Positions 22,863-31,096 of a DNA stretch of 32,000 nucleotides are shown in pieces. Below the pieces are notes generated by a model. It was given only the letters and a program-made list of their open reading frames with translations. It was not told the DNA's origin and did no database searches. Location of the stretch: NCBI GenBank assembly GCA_000025185.1, contig CP001848.1:870001-902000 (forward strand), given 5' to 3'. Numbering within the stretch: position 1 is the stretch's first letter; each line of letters starts with the position of its first letter. The position numbers and the translations under genes were made by a program. This stretch comes from Pirellula staleyi DSM 6068. GTDB taxonomy: Bacteria > Planctomycetota > Planctomycetia > Pirellulales > Pirellulaceae.

Positions 22863-24515
22863 CTACCGAGCTGCAGTTTGTGGCGCGGCTTCGGTGGCAG
22901 GTGTCGCGGGAGTGCTCTTCTCGGCCTGGATCGGCGAGACGATGGGGACATAATCGGGCTTAGCGATCTGCTTCTCGGCGGCACCCGAGAGCGAAACGAG
23001 TCCCCCCGGCAAAGTTCCACTGAAGAGAACGATCGCGGCACACAGCAGCGACGCCAACAGAGCACCACTTCCACCAGCAGCGGCAGGAGCTGTGGTTTGC
23101 GGCTGAAAGAACATCACCGAGATGACCCGCAGGTAGTAGGCTGCAGCAATCGCCGCGTTGAGAGCACCGGCAATCGCCAAGAGGGTGAACCAGCGACTGG
23201 CAGCGATACCGGCATCGCCAGCGGCAAACTCGATGGCCGAACTGAAGAGGGTGAGCTTGCCCCAAAATCCTGCCAGTGGCGGAATGCCTGCGAGCGAGAA
23301 CATGAAGACGGCAATCACGCCGGCGACAATCGGCTGCGATTTGTAGAGTCCGGCGAGTTCATCGACCGAGCGGACTTCTTTCTTTTCGCTACCGAGGTAG
23401 GCAACAGCTGCGAAGGTTCCCATCGAAGCGACAGCGTAGACGATGACGTAGAACAGCATCGCGGCGATGCCACCCGACGATTTGCTTTCGGGCAGAGCAA
23501 TCGAAGCGGCTGCAGCAGCCAGACCGATCAGTAGGTAGCCGGTGTGAGCAATCGACGAGTAGGCCATCAGGCGGCGGAAATCTTTCTGCCACAGAGCACA
23601 GACGTTGCCGATTGTCATGGTGACGATGGCGAGCACCAGGGCGAGTTGCCAAGCGAACTCGGCTGCGATTGGCATGGCGATCAGGACGAGTCGAACCAGT
23701 CCGATAATGCCAGCCACTTTCGGCGCCACAGCCAGCAGACCAGCGTTGGCGTTGGTGGTCCCTTGATAAACGTCGGGGGCGTAGAACTGAAACGGAGCTG
23801 CTGCCAGTTTGAAACCAAGGCCAGCGAGAATCAGCACCAGCGCGAGTGGCAGCAGTGCGAGAATCGCTGGCTTTTCGTCGGCGGCAGAGGTAGCCAGCAG
23901 CGTTTCGCGAATCCCTTTGAATTCCATCGAGCCGCTGGTGATGAGGGTCGTTTCGCCGAGGCCGTAAAGGAAACTCATGCCGTAGAGCATCAGCGCCGAG
24001 GCGAGGATGCTGAGGAAAAAGTACTTCATCGTTGCTTCAGCCGACGCTGCATCGCGACGACCGAGGAACAGCAGCACGTAGGTTGGTACGGAGATGAGTT
24101 CGAGGCCAAGAAAGAGGAGCACTAGTTCGTTGGCCGACGAAACGATCATCACCCCCACGACCAGCATCATGAGCGTGCCGAGGAACTCGCTCGCCAAGCG
24201 GGTGTTGGCTAGTTTCGACGCGATGAGGGTGAAGCAAATTCCCACCAAGAGGGCGAGCCAGCGGAAGGCGAGGCTGGTGGGGTCGATGGCGAGTGGTCCG
24301 GTCAGGAGGGTTCCTGCTGTCCACGGGCTTCCGTAGGTCGCCAAGATCCCGGCAGCGGCCACGTAGCTGACCAGCGCAACGATCGTCCACCAGGCACGGC
24401 TGGGGGAGAACGCGCCGCCGATGAAGATCGCTGTAGCAGCGATGATCAGCAGAATTTCAGGGCCGAGTGCGGCAATGGTTTGCGTTTCAACGAACACTGG
24501 TAAGTTTCTCCACAC
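22863..24515 (-). CDS. nuoN: NADH-quinone oxidoreductase subunit N
   Basis: About 14 TM antiporter-like subunit with blocks typical of NuoN/ND2 (LLFLGLELISVPTYVL, APFQFYAPDVYQG, RLMAYSSIAHTGY, FSLAGIPPLAGFWGK). Start is GTG 24515 or GTG 24497. Either overlaps the nuoM 3' end. It has a hydrophilic C-terminal tail of about 50 aa. Confidence 0.9.
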   Translation of the reverse strand: MWRNLPVFVETQTIAALGPEILLIIAATAIFIGGAFSPSRAWWTIVALVSYVAAAGILATYGSPWTAGTLLTGPLAIDPTSLAFRWLALLVGICFTLIASKLANTRLASEFLGTLMMLVVGVMIVSSANELVLLFLGLELISVPTYVLLFLGRRDAASAEATMKYFFLSILASALMLYGMSFLYGLGETTLITSGSMEFKGIRETLLATSAADEKPAILALLPLALVLILAGLGFKLAAAPFQFYAPDVYQGTTNANAGLLAVAPKVAGIIGLVRLVLIAMPIAAEFAWQLALVLAIVTMTIGNVCALWQKDFRRLMAYSSIAHTGYLLIGLAAAAASIALPESKSSGGIAAMLFYVIVYAVASMGTFAAVAYLGSEKKEVRSVDELAGLYKSQPIVAGVIAVFMFSLAGIPPLAGFWGKLTLFSSAIEFAAGDAGIAASRWFTLLAIAGALNAAIAAAYYLRVISVMFFQPQTTAPAAAGGSGALLASLLCAAIVLFSGTLPGGLVSLSGAAEKQIAKPDYVPIVSPIQAEKSTPATPATEAAPQTAAR

Positions 24516-26289
24516 GCTCGTCAGTTGCCGAATCTGGCGACGAATCTTTTGGCGAATCAGCCGAACTTGGAACGGTCAGGCAGGCAGCTGCCTTCTCTGC
24601 GGCGGGCACTTCGAGGGTCGCTTCGGTCTGGCTCGCGAGTTTATCGGAAGCTAGTTGAGTCGCCTGCGTCAGAGTGGGCTGCATGCGGGAGAGGAAATCT
24701 CCCGGACGAAGACCAATCCACAGCACAAAAACGCAGAGCGGGGCGAGAGCAAAAAACTCACGCCATTTGAGATCGGGAACGGTCGAGCCCGTGCCATGAT
24801 CGTCGTGGCCATGTCCGTGTCCGTTATGCGAATGACTATCGTGACCCTGCGAAGCAGCGACAGCTACTGGTGCATGACCATGATCGTCAGCAGGTTCCTT
24901 CAGCGGACCGAAAAAGACATGCTGCACGAGCCACAGCATGTACCAGGCTCCCAGCACCACACCGGTGACGGCAAGGACGGCGATGGTCATCAGCTGCGAG
25001 AAGTTCTCGACACTCGACTGAGCCCAAGCACGCTGGAACATACCGAGCAGGATCATGAATTCGCCAGGGAAACCGTTGAGCCCCGGCAGACCGATGCTCG
25101 AGAACGTGAAGATGAGCATGAAGAACGAGAGCCACGGAGTTTGGCGAGCAAGTCCGCCGAGCTGTTTGATTTCGCGTGTGTGATAGCGCTCGTAGAGCAT
25201 GCCGATGACAGCGAAAAGGCCGCCCGTCGAGAGACCATGGTTCACCATCTGTAGCACACTTCCTTGCACACCCAGCGGGTTGAGCGCGAAGAGTCCCAGC
25301 GTGCAGTAGCCCAAGTGGCTGACCGACGAGTAGGCAATCAGACGTTTCATATCCCCTTGAGCGAGCGCCACAAGCGCTCCGTAGATGATGCCGATCACGC
25401 TCAGCCAGAGGAGGTAGGGCATGCACGTGACGGTAGCATCGGGGAGCATCGGCACGCTGAAGCGTAAGAATCCGTAGACACCAATTTTCAGCAGAACGCC
25501 GGCGAGAATCACCGAGCCTGCCGTCGGCGCTTGCACGTGCGCGAGTGGCAGCCACGTGTGGAGCGGGAAGAGTGGCACCTTAATCGCAAAGCCAGCAAAC
25601 AGGGCAATGAACACAGCCAACTGCCAGGCGGGTGGCAGCGGCGCATCGCGCAAGGTGGCTGTGAGTTCGGGAATCGAGAAGACCAGTTTCCCCACGCCCT
25701 CTTGCTGGTAGCACCAGACCACGATCACCAAGAGACCGAGGAACGTGAGCAAGCTGCCAGCGAGCGTGTAGAGGAAAAACTTGCTCGCGGCGTACTTTCG
25801 ATCTTCGCTTCCCCAAATACCGATGAGGAAGAAGAGCGGAATGAGCGTGAACTCGAAGAAGACGTAGAACAGAATCAAATCGCGCGCGGTGAAGACACCG
25901 AGACAGCCGAACTCAAGCAGCAGGAGCATGCCGAAGAACAACGCTTCGCGTTCTTTAATCGCTTCCCAGCTGACCAGGACGGCGGTGACCATCAGCAGTG
26001 CGCTGAGGCCGAACATCCAGAGCCCGAGACCATCGAGCGCGAGGCTGAAGCGGATATCGAGCAAGCTGCCCGACTGGGCGAGCCAGGGCCAATCGACGGT
26101 GCAAAACTCGGCCCCTTTCGCCCCATCGGCGGGAAAGCTGGCGACGACAATCGCAGTGCACACGAGCGTCGCGAGCGTGACGCCCAAGGCACCGAAGCGC
26201 ACGGCGTTTTTGCCCAAGGGGGCGAGGATCCACATCAGGATCGCGCCCGCAAGTGGCAGGAAAACAGTGGTGATGAACAAGCTGGTCAT
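24487..26289 (-). CDS. nuoM: NADH-quinone oxidoreductase subunit M, with His-rich loop insertion and C-terminal tail
   Basis: NuoM/ND4 blocks: FEFTLIPLFFLIGIWG, VPLFPLHTWLPLAHVQAPTAGSVILAGVLLK, KRLIAYSSVSHLGY, GLPGLNGFPGEF. The 600 aa include DDHGHAPVAVAASQGHDSHSHNGHGHGHDDHG (24793-24888) before the last TM. Confidence 0.92.
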   Translation of the reverse strand: MTSLFITTVFLPLAGAILMWILAPLGKNAVRFGALGVTLATLVCTAIVVASFPADGAKGAEFCTVDWPWLAQSGSLLDIRFSLALDGLGLWMFGLSALLMVTAVLVSWEAIKEREALFFGMLLLLEFGCLGVFTARDLILFYVFFEFTLIPLFFLIGIWGSEDRKYAASKFFLYTLAGSLLTFLGLLVIVVWCYQQEGVGKLVFSIPELTATLRDAPLPPAWQLAVFIALFAGFAIKVPLFPLHTWLPLAHVQAPTAGSVILAGVLLKIGVYGFLRFSVPMLPDATVTCMPYLLWLSVIGIIYGALVALAQGDMKRLIAYSSVSHLGYCTLGLFALNPLGVQGSVLQMVNHGLSTGGLFAVIGMLYERYHTREIKQLGGLARQTPWLSFFMLIFTFSSIGLPGLNGFPGEFMILLGMFQRAWAQSSVENFSQLMTIAVLAVTGVVLGAWYMLWLVQHVFFGPLKEPADDHGHAPVAVAASQGHDSHSHNGHGHGHDDHGTGSTVPDLKWREFFALAPLCVFVLWIGLRPGDFLSRMQPTLTQATQLASDKLASQTEATLEVPAAEKAAACLTVPSSADSPKDSSPDSATDERVEKLTSVR

Positions 26290-26296
26290 TTCTGGA

Positions 26297-28912
26297 TTAC
26301 CCCGCAGCCCAGAGCATTCGGGCGGCGATCAAAATCATGGCACCAAGCACCATGGCGAGCGCGTAAAACTGGACGAGACCCATCTGCAGCGAACGCATCA
26401 GCGAACCAATCGCTGGTGGAATCGCGCCGAACAAATTCACCAGGCCATCGATCAAGTTGCGATCGAGCCAGTAGCAAATCATCGAGAAGATCCGCATCGG
26501 CCACACAATCGTGACGCTATAAAGCTCGTCGATATAGAACTTGCCGAGCGAGAGTTTGTAAGGGGTCACGAAGCTGCCCAGCAGCAGTGGCGCGGCGAGC
26601 ACGAGGCTGACAATCGCCAGCAAATAGCCGATCGTGGTGACGACAAAACCAAGCCCCACTTTACGCAGGCCGCCTGTCACCAGTCCGATGTACTTGTTCT
26701 TCTCGAGCGCCATCACCCACTGCGGATCGGTGAGCTGCTGCAGTCCTTCGAGATCGAAGATCCGTTTGAGGAACGCCACTTCGGTGCGGCTGCCGAGGTA
26801 GAGGTAGCACGCCAGTAGAATGCCGAGCCCCGCCGTGACAGTGCTGACACCAGCGACGTCGATGTGGAACTTGCCCACTTCACGCGTAGCCGCTACTGCG
26901 CCGACTGCCAGCGAAGGGGTCGTGCCGATGAAATCGAGCAGCGAGTTAGCGCCCCAGTCGCTCGTCAGGCTGATCCAAGCAGCACCGATCACCACAGCGG
27001 CGACCGACAAAACCACCAGCGGGGCGGTCATGATCGGCGGCGATTCGTGAGCGTGATGGCCAGCTTGATGCGGGATCTTCTCTTCGCCGTAGAACGTCAT
27101 GCAAAACGCGCGGAACGTATAAAACGCGGTGAGAAAAGCCGTGAAGAGCGCGAGGTAGTACAGCGTGCTGTAGATCGTGCGGTGCGAAGCAAGCTGGGCA
27201 TCGCTCCACTCAGCCACCGGAGATGCGTGAGTCAGTTCCACGACAGCGCCACTAGCGTGACCATGCGCGTGACCCGCAGCATGCTTCTCGGCTGCATGGG
27301 AGGCAGCATGTTCCGCGCGATGCTCGATTTCGTGATCGATCATGTGCATCTTGTCGTGCACACTCGCGAGCACCGCATCTTTGCTCCAGAAGCCAGCGAA
27401 CGGAAAGACACCGGCCAGGGCTAAGCAGCCGAGCAAGAAGGTGGCATGGGTGTAGGGCATCAGTTTGCGAAGACCGCCGAACTGACGCATGTCGATGATG
27501 TTCCCCATCGCGTGCATCACGCTACCGGCACCGAGGAAGAGCAGCGCCTTGAAGAAAGCGTGCGTGAAAAGGTGGAACATGCCACCGGTGATGCCAGCGT
27601 AGGTTCCCGCGCCGAGGGCGAGGAACATGTAGCCAAGTTGACTGACGGTGGAGTAGGCGAGGACTCGTTTCAGATCGTACTGCGTTAAAGCGATCAGACC
27701 TGCGAGCAGCGCGGTGCTGCCACCAACGATCGCGACCGTCACTTGCGCAGTCGGCGAGGCCATGAAGAGTGGCGTGCAGCGAGTGACCATGTAGACACCC
27801 GCGGTGACCATCGTCGCAGCGTGGATGAGCGCGCTAACGGGTGTGGGACCTTCCATCGCGTCGGGAAGCCACACATGCAGCGGCAGCTGAGCACTTTTGC
27901 CGCAAGCACCGAGCAGCAGTAGCAAGCAGATCGCCGTGGCCAGTCCGCCAGTCACATAATCGCCGGTCGAGAGTCGAGTCTTGCCGAGCACACCGGCGAC
28001 AATTTTGGGGAGCGTCGGTTTCGCATCACTGGCCGAAGCTTCCCCGGCGGATGAAAACGTTTCAACGCCAGCGAGCGCGGTCAGCTTCGGATCTTGCGAC
28101 CACTTCACGATCTCTTGTTCGCGAGCCGCTGCAGGCAGGGACTCGATCACCGCTACCGATTCGATAGCGGCCGGGTCGGTGGCGCCGGTCGACAGCGTGT
28201 CGTGAAAATTCAGTGTGCCGTAGGTGCACCAGATCAAAAAGATGGCGAGCGAAAATCCGAAGTCACCGACGCGGTTCACCAGGAACGCTTTTTTGCCAGC
28301 GGCTGCTGCCTCGGGCTTGGTGTACCAGAAACCGATCAGCAAATAGCTGCATGCACCGACTGCTTCCCAGAAGCAGAAGAGGAGCACAAAGTTGCTGACC
28401 GAGACAAGCATCGTCATCGAGAACACGAACAAACCGACGTAGGCAAAAAATCGCCAGTAGCCTCGATCGCCATGCATGTAGCCCGAGCCAAACACGGCCA
28501 CGAGCGAGGCGACGAACGTGACCATCGCGAGCATCATGGCGGTGAGGCCATCGGCACGCAGCGCCACATCGATGCGAAAATCGGCGGCATCTTTTTGCGC
28601 GCCAGCAGCGGGCACATTCGCCCAAGTCCAGAGGGTCACAACGCGCTCGAACGGGGCGACGACAGGAACCGATTCATCGGCTGCAGGATCACGCACGGCC
28701 ACATAAGCAGCCTCTTCAGCAGCGGCTTGCTGCCCCTTGTAGACTTCGCCGAGCAGCACCACGCTCGCGATGAACGAGCCCACGATCGCGAAGATCACCG
28801 GCAGGTGGCTGTAGCCCTTGAGCACGCGAGCGCCGAGCAGGCCTACCAAAATGGCAGCTGCGAGCGGTAGTGCAGGAATGAGTACAAGTGCTGTGCTTAA
28901 CGTGTCGCCCAT
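26297..28912 (-). CDS. nuoL: NADH-quinone oxidoreductase subunit L (oversized, 871 aa)
   Basis: NuoL/ND5 blocks: FCFWEAVGACSYLLIGFW, KSAQLPLHVWLPDAMEGPTPVSALIHAATMVTAG, KRVLAYSTVSQLGYM, HAFFKALLFLGAGSV, GFWSKD. The C-terminal lateral-helix region and final TM are present. Several large insertions occur relative to E. coli NuoL (about 610 aa). Confidence 0.92.
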   Translation of the reverse strand: MGDTLSTALVLIPALPLAAAILVGLLGARVLKGYSHLPVIFAIVGSFIASVVLLGEVYKGQQAAAEEAAYVAVRDPAADESVPVVAPFERVVTLWTWANVPAAGAQKDAADFRIDVALRADGLTAMMLAMVTFVASLVAVFGSGYMHGDRGYWRFFAYVGLFVFSMTMLVSVSNFVLLFCFWEAVGACSYLLIGFWYTKPEAAAAGKKAFLVNRVGDFGFSLAIFLIWCTYGTLNFHDTLSTGATDPAAIESVAVIESLPAAAREQEIVKWSQDPKLTALAGVETFSSAGEASASDAKPTLPKIVAGVLGKTRLSTGDYVTGGLATAICLLLLLGACGKSAQLPLHVWLPDAMEGPTPVSALIHAATMVTAGVYMVTRCTPLFMASPTAQVTVAIVGGSTALLAGLIALTQYDLKRVLAYSTVSQLGYMFLALGAGTYAGITGGMFHLFTHAFFKALLFLGAGSVMHAMGNIIDMRQFGGLRKLMPYTHATFLLGCLALAGVFPFAGFWSKDAVLASVHDKMHMIDHEIEHRAEHAASHAAEKHAAGHAHGHASGAVVELTHASPVAEWSDAQLASHRTIYSTLYYLALFTAFLTAFYTFRAFCMTFYGEEKIPHQAGHHAHESPPIMTAPLVVLSVAAVVIGAAWISLTSDWGANSLLDFIGTTPSLAVGAVAATREVGKFHIDVAGVSTVTAGLGILLACYLYLGSRTEVAFLKRIFDLEGLQQLTDPQWVMALEKNKYIGLVTGGLRKVGLGFVVTTIGYLLAIVSLVLAAPLLLGSFVTPYKLSLGKFYIDELYSVTIVWPMRIFSMICYWLDRNLIDGLVNLFGAIPPAIGSLMRSLQMGLVQFYALAMVLGAMILIAARMLWAAG

Positions 28913-29019
28913 AGTAGTCTCGAAAGCTGCGATCGATTCGTTGCGTGTCGCCGCTCGTCGTTATTCAGTTCATGTGGGTTGGAGGGTTGGCGGAACAGGT
29001 CGCCGCGATGGAACTCGCG

Positions 29020-29463
29020 TTACACCTTGCTGCGATGTCCAGCTTCTTCTTCGTCGATCTCGGGCTGGCGACCTGCCACGGTGAGCGTGGGCCAAATCTG
29101 ATCTTCTTCTGTCTCTTCGGGAACTTGCGAATCCACAAAGGCAGGCTGACCTGGCTCGCGGAGATCTTGCCAAAAGGCGGCGTCGAGTTTGCCACTCCGC
29201 TGGGCGAGCATCAGCACCAGAGTCATGGCAATCGCCGCTTCGCAGGCTGCCACCGTGATGATGAACACCACCAGCGATTGACCACCCCAGTCGTTGTGAT
29301 ACCTGCCAAAACCGATGAGGGTGACGGAGACACCTTGCAGCATCATTTCCGCGCACAGGAACATCACAATCATGTTCCGGCGGGTCATGAAGCCGACCAT
29401 GCCGAGCACAAACAGCACGGCACCGACCACCAGGTAGTTAATGAGTAGGCTTAGTTCGTTCAT
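29020..29463 (-). CDS. nuoK: NADH-quinone oxidoreductase subunit K, with acidic C-terminal extension
   Basis: The 3-TM core MNELSLLINYLVVGAVLFVLGMVGFMTRRN..CAEMMLQG..AACEAAIAMTLVL matches NuoK/ND4L, including the conserved Glu residues in TM2 and TM3. About 45 extra residues follow. An ATGA overlap links it to nuoJ (29460-29463). Confidence 0.9.
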   Translation of the reverse strand: MNELSLLINYLVVGAVLFVLGMVGFMTRRNMIVMFLCAEMMLQGVSVTLIGFGRYHNDWGGQSLVVFIITVAACEAAIAMTLVLMLAQRSGKLDAAFWQDLREPGQPAFVDSQVPEETEEDQIWPTLTVAGRQPEIDEEEAGHRSKV

Positions 29464-30446
29464 GCCTCGTCCTCCCCGTCTTCTTTACGAGGCTTGCCTT
29501 GAATCGCAATCGCAATCGCCCCCACGAGCGCTACCAGCAGCAGGCTACCCGCCACTTCAACACCCACCAGATGGCGGCTGAAGATATAGCGTCCGAGCCC
29601 CGCCACATGCTGGCGATCTTGCACATCGGGCACAAACGTCGGTTCGGCCAGTTGAAGCTCGATTTCGTCGGGCTTTTTGTCGCTCTTAGAAGCGAGCGCT
29701 AAGCGGAGCGACGCGGTCACATCGGCTGTGAGAGTCTTGAGCAGTTCAGCGTCGGGCTTTTCGCCACGAAAGACGACCGAAACCACCGCGGGCTCGCCGC
29801 TCGATTTCACATCGACCAGTCGCGTTCCAAACGCCGCACTATCCCCCTTCAGATGGCTCGCCACTTGCTGCCGTAGATCGGGCTGCTTGAGCCCACCGAG
29901 CAGCATGGTGAAGAGGCCGATAAAAGTCGCTGCTGCAATCACCGAAAGAAAGCGGGCTGCCGAGCCCCAGCTGATCCGGTCGTAGTCGGAATGCCCCGAA
30001 GGCTGCGCGAGCATGATCACGAACAAAAAAGTCACGACGATTGCGCCGGCATAGACCACGATGGTGGCGACACCGAGAAACTCGGCCCCTTGGTAGAAGA
30101 AGAGTCCCGCCGTTCCCAGAAGCGACATCGCAAACCAGATAGCCGAGTAAACCGGCGACTGCGAACCGATGGTTCCGACAGCGGAGCCAATCGCGATGAG
30201 CGCGAGGACCCAAAACACTCCTTGAGCGATGATCTCTTCCATCCCTTGGCCACCCAGCAGTGGCAAATCGGAGGCGAGCAGACCACCTGCGAGAGCAATC
30301 AGACCGATGCCGGTCCCTTTGCCATACTTAAAGTGCCGAGGCACGACGAGCCACAGCCCGATGGCGCCGACAAGGCAGGCCCAAAACGTGCGGCAAAGCA
30401 GCACGCTTTGGAGAGTGAGTGTCGAAGCGGCAAGCAAACCTTCCAT
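29460..30446 (-). CDS. nuoJ: NADH-quinone oxidoreductase subunit J (expanded, 328 aa)
   Basis: NuoJ/ND6 core: SPVYSAIWFAMSLLGTAGLFFYQGAEFLGVATIVVYAGAIVVTFLFVIML, plus the terminal TM VAGSLLLVALVGAIAIA. It carries an extra N-terminal hydrophobic region of about 65 aa and a hydrophilic loop of about 95 aa. Its start abuts the nuoI stop. Confidence 0.88.
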   Translation of the reverse strand: MEGLLAASTLTLQSVLLCRTFWACLVGAIGLWLVVPRHFKYGKGTGIGLIALAGGLLASDLPLLGGQGMEEIIAQGVFWVLALIAIGSAVGTIGSQSPVYSAIWFAMSLLGTAGLFFYQGAEFLGVATIVVYAGAIVVTFLFVIMLAQPSGHSDYDRISWGSAARFLSVIAAATFIGLFTMLLGGLKQPDLRQQVASHLKGDSAAFGTRLVDVKSSGEPAVVSVVFRGEKPDAELLKTLTADVTASLRLALASKSDKKPDEIELQLAEPTFVPDVQDRQHVAGLGRYIFSRHLVGVEVAGSLLLVALVGAIAIAIQGKPRKEDGEDEA

Positions 30447-31004
30447 TTACTTGGCCCCTTCTTGCGCTTTTTCGAGCTGCACCGACTTCATCGGTTCTTT
30501 GTCTTTCGTTTCGTCGTACACGCTCAGCAGCTTCTCTTTGTCGAAGACCATTTCTTCGCGGCTGCGACCGGTCAGATTGTAGAGACTCGTGAGCTCGATG
30601 GCGTCGACCGGGCAAGCTTCTTCGCACATACCGCAGTAGATGCAGCGTAGTTCGTCGATGGCAAAGCTTTGGGGATACTTATCGCGATCGCTCCAAGGCG
30701 ATTCAGCCGCCACGATGTCGATGCAGTGAGCCGGGCAAGCGGTGGCGCACAGAAAACAGGCGACGCACTTCACGCGTCCCTCTTTGTCTTTGTTCAATCG
30801 GTGCACACCACGGTAGATCAGTGGGTTGCCAATCTTTGGCTCTTCCTCGGGATAGCTCACCGTCACCACGTCCCCCACCAGGGACTTTTTGAGGTGCTTG
30901 AACGTCGTGGTGAGACCTTGCACGAAGAGCGGAACGTAGAGCCGACCGGCCAGGCCGAGCTGCGGTTCTTCAATCCACTTGATGTTTGGATCGCTGGTTT
31001 TCAT
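30447..31004 (-). CDS. nuoI: NADH-quinone oxidoreductase subunit I (2x[4Fe-4S] ferredoxin)
   Basis: Two ferredoxin motifs, CVACFLCATACP and CIYCGMCEEACP, plus the YPEE and YRG.H motifs of NuoI. The tracked ORF starts at TTG 31085. I prefer ATG 31004 (MKTSDPNIKW...) on length grounds. The start remains uncertain. Confidence 0.9.
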   Translation of the reverse strand: MKTSDPNIKWIEEPQLGLAGRLYVPLFVQGLTTTFKHLKKSLVGDVVTVSYPEEEPKIGNPLIYRGVHRLNKDKEGRVKCVACFLCATACPAHCIDIVAAESPWSDRDKYPQSFAIDELRCIYCGMCEEACPVDAIELTSLYNLTGRSREEMVFDKEKLLSVYDETKDKEPMKSVQLEKAQEGAK

Positions 31005-31096
31005 GACACGTCTACCGATGCAAAACTGGCTATTAGGTGGAAGGCGACTGCTGCGAATATCGCGAGCAGTGCTTGGCAAACTCAATCAGGCGATCT

